This document shows positions 30,309 through 35,402 of a stretch of 35,402 bases of DNA, one piece after another. The stretch lies in assembly GCA_900617105.1 (NCBI GenBank), contig UYFQ01000361.1, forward strand, positions 1 to 35,402, in the 5' to 3' direction. The notes beneath the pieces are model-generated. The model made no database searches. It was given only the letters and a program-made list of their open reading frames with translations, and had not been told where the DNA came from. Position 1 is the first letter of the stretch. Each line of letters opens with the position of its first letter. A program made the position numbers and the translations under genes. This DNA comes from Hydrurus foetidus. Lineage: Eukaryota.

Positions 30309-33300
30309 CCGAGATACATTATTCCTCACCTGTACACTCACCCACACTTACATTCCCGCACACACTTATACACACACGCACCGATCCTCCATGTTTGGCT
30401 GATTCCACTAGCGGAATTGAAACATGTGATCATATTGTTTTTAGTGCTAATACATGCAACATATATAACACGATTAGAAGTAGACACATACTGCTTGATA
30501 CATGTGCCGGTGAGTCGGTATTCAACGACTCATCCCTGCTGTACAGTGTCGAACACGCACCCACACCCATGATTGTTAGCGGGGTGAATCCGAAAGGAAA
30601 ACCGCTAATAATTAAGAAACGTGGGGTGTCGGCGTTCGGCAATGTGTATTATAGCCCTGACTGTGCTGGTAATATACTATCTTTTGGTAATGCTGTACGT
30701 GACTGTACTGATGTTAAGTACTTACATGACTATGATTGTTACATAGTGCAAGATGTCAGCGGAAAATATTTCTATAGATTCTCACGAGATGAGACTATGA
30801 ACATATACCAATGCAATCTTGACACTATGGTAACTGAATGCATGCCAATATTAGTTACGACAGTAGAACAGAAGAAGAAGAAGTATACAGTGAGAGAAGT
30901 TAGAGACGCATCGTTAGCTAGAGACTATCAGCGTAGATTAGGATACGCCAGCGCAGCACAGACTATTAAGTTGATATCCCAAGGGAATTTGACTAATAGC
31001 AAAGTGACTGCGCGAGACGTACATAGAGCCATTGATATATGGGGACCGGACGTGGGATCCCTTAAGGGGAAGACCACTAGTCACCAGGCCAAGTTAGAAG
31101 AGAAGCTACCATTGATAGGTATAGAGTACAAGACAGAACAAATCATGTACGTAGATATAATGTTCGTCAACCAGGTACCATATCTAGTATCAGTTGTTCA
31201 GCCTATCGAGTTCCTATACGTTAGTACGTTAGCTAACAGAGAACACAAGAGCATATGGAATAGTTTAAAGACTTCATTAGCAAGCATGGTAAAGTACAGA
31301 TTCAGAGTTAAAATGATCCGAGTAGACGGCGAGGGTGCAATTAACACAGAATGGTTTCATAACAAAGTCGGTTTAAGAGGTATAGTATTAGACGTTACCG
31401 GAGCAGGAGAAGCCGTAGCCGTAGTCGAGCGTAAGATACGGCACATAAAGGAGAGAGTCAGATCATTGATTAATTCTCTGCCATTCTCATTAAACGAGAA
31501 ATTAGAAGTGTGGTTAGTTAAGTATGCAGTCAGTAGAATTGTATTAGCTCCCACACGTAACTCACTTAACCACATCAGTCCACGAGAGAAATTAATCGGA
31601 AGAAAGTTAGACGTAGATAAGGAGATTAAACATGGTTTTGGTGATTATGTTCAAGTGCATAATGATGTCATTGATAACTCTACCAAACCAAGAACAGCCG
31701 GGGCCATAGCACTTATGAGCTCCGGTAATCTAGAAGGTTCATGGTACTATATGCTGTTAGCTAACGAACGTATTGTTAAACGTACTAAAGCAACTGTACT
31801 ACCATGCCTGATGAAGTGATATTACACTTAAATGTATTAGCTTCAAAAAGAAAAACTGCCAGTGATAAACAGCCTGTATTTGAGAATAGTAGTCACATTG
31901 TATTCGATGATGACGACGATGTTGAAGATGATAGTGCTTACATTGGTAACGTTGAATATGAAACTGTCGATGAAAATGCTAACGCAGACTACACCGACGA
32001 GATTATTGAAGATAACGATCACAATGATAACGACACATATCTTGAATCACAACTCGACATGTCTGATGAAAATCACCCACCCACATTAGATGAGTACGTA
32101 GATGACACACTATATGTGAATGACAATACATATGACAATGACCAACTATATTATGATGACACACATGATGATACACATGTACCCAACCGAAATATGATCA
32201 AGCACTGATAGATGACATATTTGGTATAAGTGATGATGAAGATGACTTTGCTGATGTAACTGTACACACTGAAGTATTCACACCACCTGCCACCATAATT
32301 GAAACCGCATATGACCCACCTGTTGTAAACTCACCCGTGTTACGTAGAAGTGGTAGAAATCACCAACTTGGTAAATGGGATAAGAAATATGTTGGTAATC
32401 TGTTCTACAACCACACTCACCTGTACAAAATGACTGTTAATGAAGGTATTAATAAGTTAGGGGTGATAGCTGTTGATTCCATTACATCTGAATTGAAACA
32501 AATGTGTGATAAGAATGTTTGGGAAGGTGTAACTTATGAATCCCTCACCCCACAACAAAAACGCACCATTATACCTAGTAGCATGTTCTTAAAAGAAAAG
32601 TATACTGCTGATGGTATGTTTGAAAAACTGAAATCTAGACTAGTAGCCGGTGGGCACTTACAAGATAGAGATGTTTATAATAATGGCGCATCACCTACTG
32701 CTAGCACATCTAGTGTATTCATACTGACTGCAATTGCTGCTAGACAGAAGCGTGCTGTCGCCACTGTTGACTTCCCCGGTGCATTCCTGAATAGTGATAT
32801 GCCGCTGACCGGCGACCATGTTGTATACATGCGTCTGAATAAACAACTGACTGCTGCACTAATTAATATTGATGCAACATATAACAAATACATGAATAAC
32901 AATGGAACATGTATTGTTAAACTTAAAAAAGCGTTATATGGATGCGTTGAATCTGCTAAGCTATGGTATGATAAACTATCCAGTGATTTGATTAAATTCA
33001 ATTATACTGCTAATGAATATGACATCTGCGTATTCAATAGAACTGAATCAGATAACACACAAACCTCACTCGTAATTCATGTTGATGATATGATTATCAC
33101 TGCTTCAATGAATCTCGCGTTGACGATGTTATTCAGCAAATTGAAACTATATATCCCGGTCTAACTAAACACCGAGGAAAAGTTTTAAACTACATAGGTA
33201 TGACATTTGACTTTACTAAGGAAGGCAGCGTCAAGATGACTATGGAGGGATTTGTGCAAGACCTCATTGAGGGGTGTAAGGATATGCCTGGCACGGCTAA

Positions 33301-34085
33301 CACACCTGCACAATCTAACCTATTCACTGTACCTGACGAATGTGACTCACCCTTACCCGATAACTTGCGTGAGCGTTTCCATTCTATTACAGCGAAGCTA
33401 CTCTATCTGAGCAAGAGGACGAGGCCAGATATTCTGACAGCCGTAGCATTCCTGACCAAGAGAGTAACAAAGCCCCAAAGGGACGACTACGACAAGTTGA
33501 TCCGTACGGTACAGTACATACGGGATACCCAGAACTTGGGTGTAACATTTGAATTACATGAACCTATACATGTTATTGCATATATCGATGCATCCTTCGC
33601 CATACATCCTGATATGAAAAGCCACACAGGTTGCGTAATCACCCTAGGGAAGGGAGCGATTTACGCCAAGAGTGGCACACAGCGTTTGATGACCAAATCA
33701 AGCACGGAGGCCGAGCTCGTCGCACTCAGCGACTCCGCCAACCAAGTGCTATGGACAGGAACTTCCTACACTGCCAGGGACACACCAACCACCTGCACTA
33801 ATCCATCAAGACAACCAGTCTACCATACAGCTGATTCGTAACGGACGTTCGAACAGCGAACGTACGCGCCATGTCGACATACGGTACTTCTTCCTACACG
33901 ACAGACTGAGCACCGGAGACATCGACATTCAATACCTACCTACACAAGACATGATTGCAGATATCCTAACCAAGCCACTACAAGGGGAACTATTCCGTAA
34001 GCTCAGGAAGGAGCTATTAAACACCACCACCCCACCGTCACGTACGCAGAAGGCTGCAAGACTGAGGACGCCAACAGCACCGTGA
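30299..34085 (+). pseudogene. pol: Retrotransposon Pol (protease, integrase, RT, RNase H) with five apparent 1-bp deletions
   Basis: PR LLDTCAG. IN DDE: YVDIMFVN / RVDGEGA / VERKIRHIKER. RT: KSRLVAGG, VDFPGAFLN, KKALYG, HVDD. RNase H: YIDASFA, SSTEAELVA, QDNQST, RHVDIRYFF, ADILTKPL. Frame breaks at about 31803, 32190, 33108, 33755 and 33786. Could be an intact gene with assembly errors. Confidence 0.85.
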
Positions 34086-34472
34086 CTTACTCACGAACAA
34101 AACCAACTTCAACCCCAACTTCCCATACCCATCTAAACCTACAACGACTCAACGAGGAGTCAAGAAGAGAAATTGAGACCCGGCCGATTCACACCATCGA
34201 ATCGACCACCCCTGTTGCCCCTGTCATGACTGCTACACCTACTGCTGCCCTGTCATACCTACTGCCATTTCCCGTCCGATCTGCTACCCCCGTCATTTCT
34301 GCTGCCCTTCCAACATTACTGCTGCCCATCCTTCTTTACCTACTACCCGACTGCTGCGCGCACTATCAGGAGACGTACGTACGGACAACACGGACAAGAC
34401 GTGCCCACACCCCACTGCGAGAGGATCCTGACCCAAGGACCCCGGACCCGGAATCTGAGAGAACCCCACACT

Positions 34473-34600
34473 GGAGCGAGAATTTGGAGCTAGGACACCA
34501 TGGAGCGAGATATCGGAGCGAGGAATACCATGGAGCGAGAGCCATGGAGCAGACATCAGGAGCGAGGACCCTGGACCCAGACGGATTTATATGGAGCGAG
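34473..34600 (+). repeat. Array of GGAGCGAG motifs in the retrotransposon 3' non-coding region
   Basis: GGAGCGAG at 34473, 34502, 34515, 34532, 34559 and 34593; variants at 34486 and 34546. Confidence 0.85.
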
Positions 34601-34947
34601 GACTCTGGACTGGACCCTGGATCGAAATTCAGATTCGATCACTTTATTCAATCAGAAAGCTGAGAGGATTTTTATAGCATACTATTGTTCGACTATAAAA
34701 TCACTTTCGCATTGTTTAACTCTACTGCTCGTACGGTTCAGCCAGAACGTACGATACTAATATTACCCTGTGTGTACTAACGTATCTACCTTCACCCTAA
34801 AGGTCAACCTCACCATTACCTTAACTCCCTACCCTAAAACATCATGCTGTGATACACGACTCCTAGTCAAAGGAGCAATTTTGAATTTTATCTTTGCGTT
34901 TTAATCATCCGCATAGCCCCTACCCGACGACTCACGCCATAGGGGTG

Positions 34948-35106
34948 TGTCGGAATAACTAATGAGTTAAGTAACCGTATAAGTCATTACGTATGTACGC
35001 TTGATGACGTTTCACCGTCGTGTGCTGTGTGGGGGTCGCTACTCCACCGGTCCAAGTTCTTTTAACCCAGGAACATCGAAAGCAATGAAAGTACACCATG
35101 TTTGAC
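34948..35106 (+). repeat. 3' LTR, truncated or interrupted
   Basis: Matches the 5' LTR apart from GTGT/AATGA near the start and two 1-bp indels. Homology stops abruptly after TTTGAC; preceded by the PPT-like ATAGGGGTG. Confidence 0.88.
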
Positions 35107-35402
35107 CCGCACACCAGTACGGCTTGTACGGGTACAGGCGTACGTGGACCGGATCGAGGACGATCCTATCCATCCGATTCATTGCCATGATACTAACCAC
35201 ATTGTTTCCATAGCAATAGCTCTCCCAGCTTCCTTTCCCTTGCTCCCGCTCCCAGCCGTCCCGCTCCCAGTGCCCAGATCCTGGCAAGGCCACAATACCG
35301 GTATTTGGAACCAGCTAGTGATCTCTCAGATCCAAGTTGACCAAACGTCCCAACAAAAATCCCGCAACGACCGTAAACAGTCTGAGCAACAAGTTGAGTA
35401 AC

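Larger units (their letters stand above)
28796..35106 (+). mobile_element. Ty1/copia LTR retrotransposon (CoDi-like), near full length; 3' LTR broken
   Basis: Direct repeats starting TGTCGGAATAAC at 28796 and 34948. Gag with a CCHC knuckle. Pol domain order PR-IN-RT-RH. Short purine tract AGGGG just before the 3' LTR. Confidence 0.95.

Noticed and set aside
34473..34600. CRISPR-like repeat/spacer reading of the GGAGCGAG array
   Set aside because: Repeats are 8 nt with mostly 5-9 nt spacers, the context is a eukaryotic retrotransposon, and there are no cas genes.
34082..34663. 193-aa ORF in env-like position with a short hydrophobic stretch
   Set aside because: GTG start, low complexity, runs through the repeat array, and has no recognisable domain. 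Cannot be supported without conservation data.

Overview
Eukaryotic genomic DNA with GT-AG introns. A stramenopile/ochrophyte alga is inferred from the CoDi-like copia element and the SPX-SLC transporter; this is not proven. In order, the window holds: the 3' part of a WW/IQ/TPR-like gene; two nested TA-flanked MITEs; a 5-exon SPX-SLC13 (Pho87/90/91-type) phosphate transporter; AP-2 sigma on the minus strand, head-to-head with a BAR-PH-ArfGAP-ANK (ACAP-type) gene; a 5-exon RagA/Gtr1 GTPase; an intronless 2715-aa ORF with an N-terminal SP-RING, HhH, SIMs, a RanBP2-like zinc finger and a very long disordered region; a START-domain gene; and a near-complete Ty1/copia LTR retrotransposon whose 3' LTR breaks off. 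The most notable observations are the unusual giant SP-RING protein architecture, a candidate programmed -1 frameshift (G_GUA_AAC_UAA) between copia gag and pol, the nested MITE whose empty site can be read from the partner TIR, three GAATCT (PSR-type) motifs in intron 1 of the phosphate transporter, pervasive 5-nt-periodic repeats sharing one register, and a GGAGCGAG array in the retrotransposon 3' region. Exon models were derived by hand from splice sites and frame continuity; no database searches were run.
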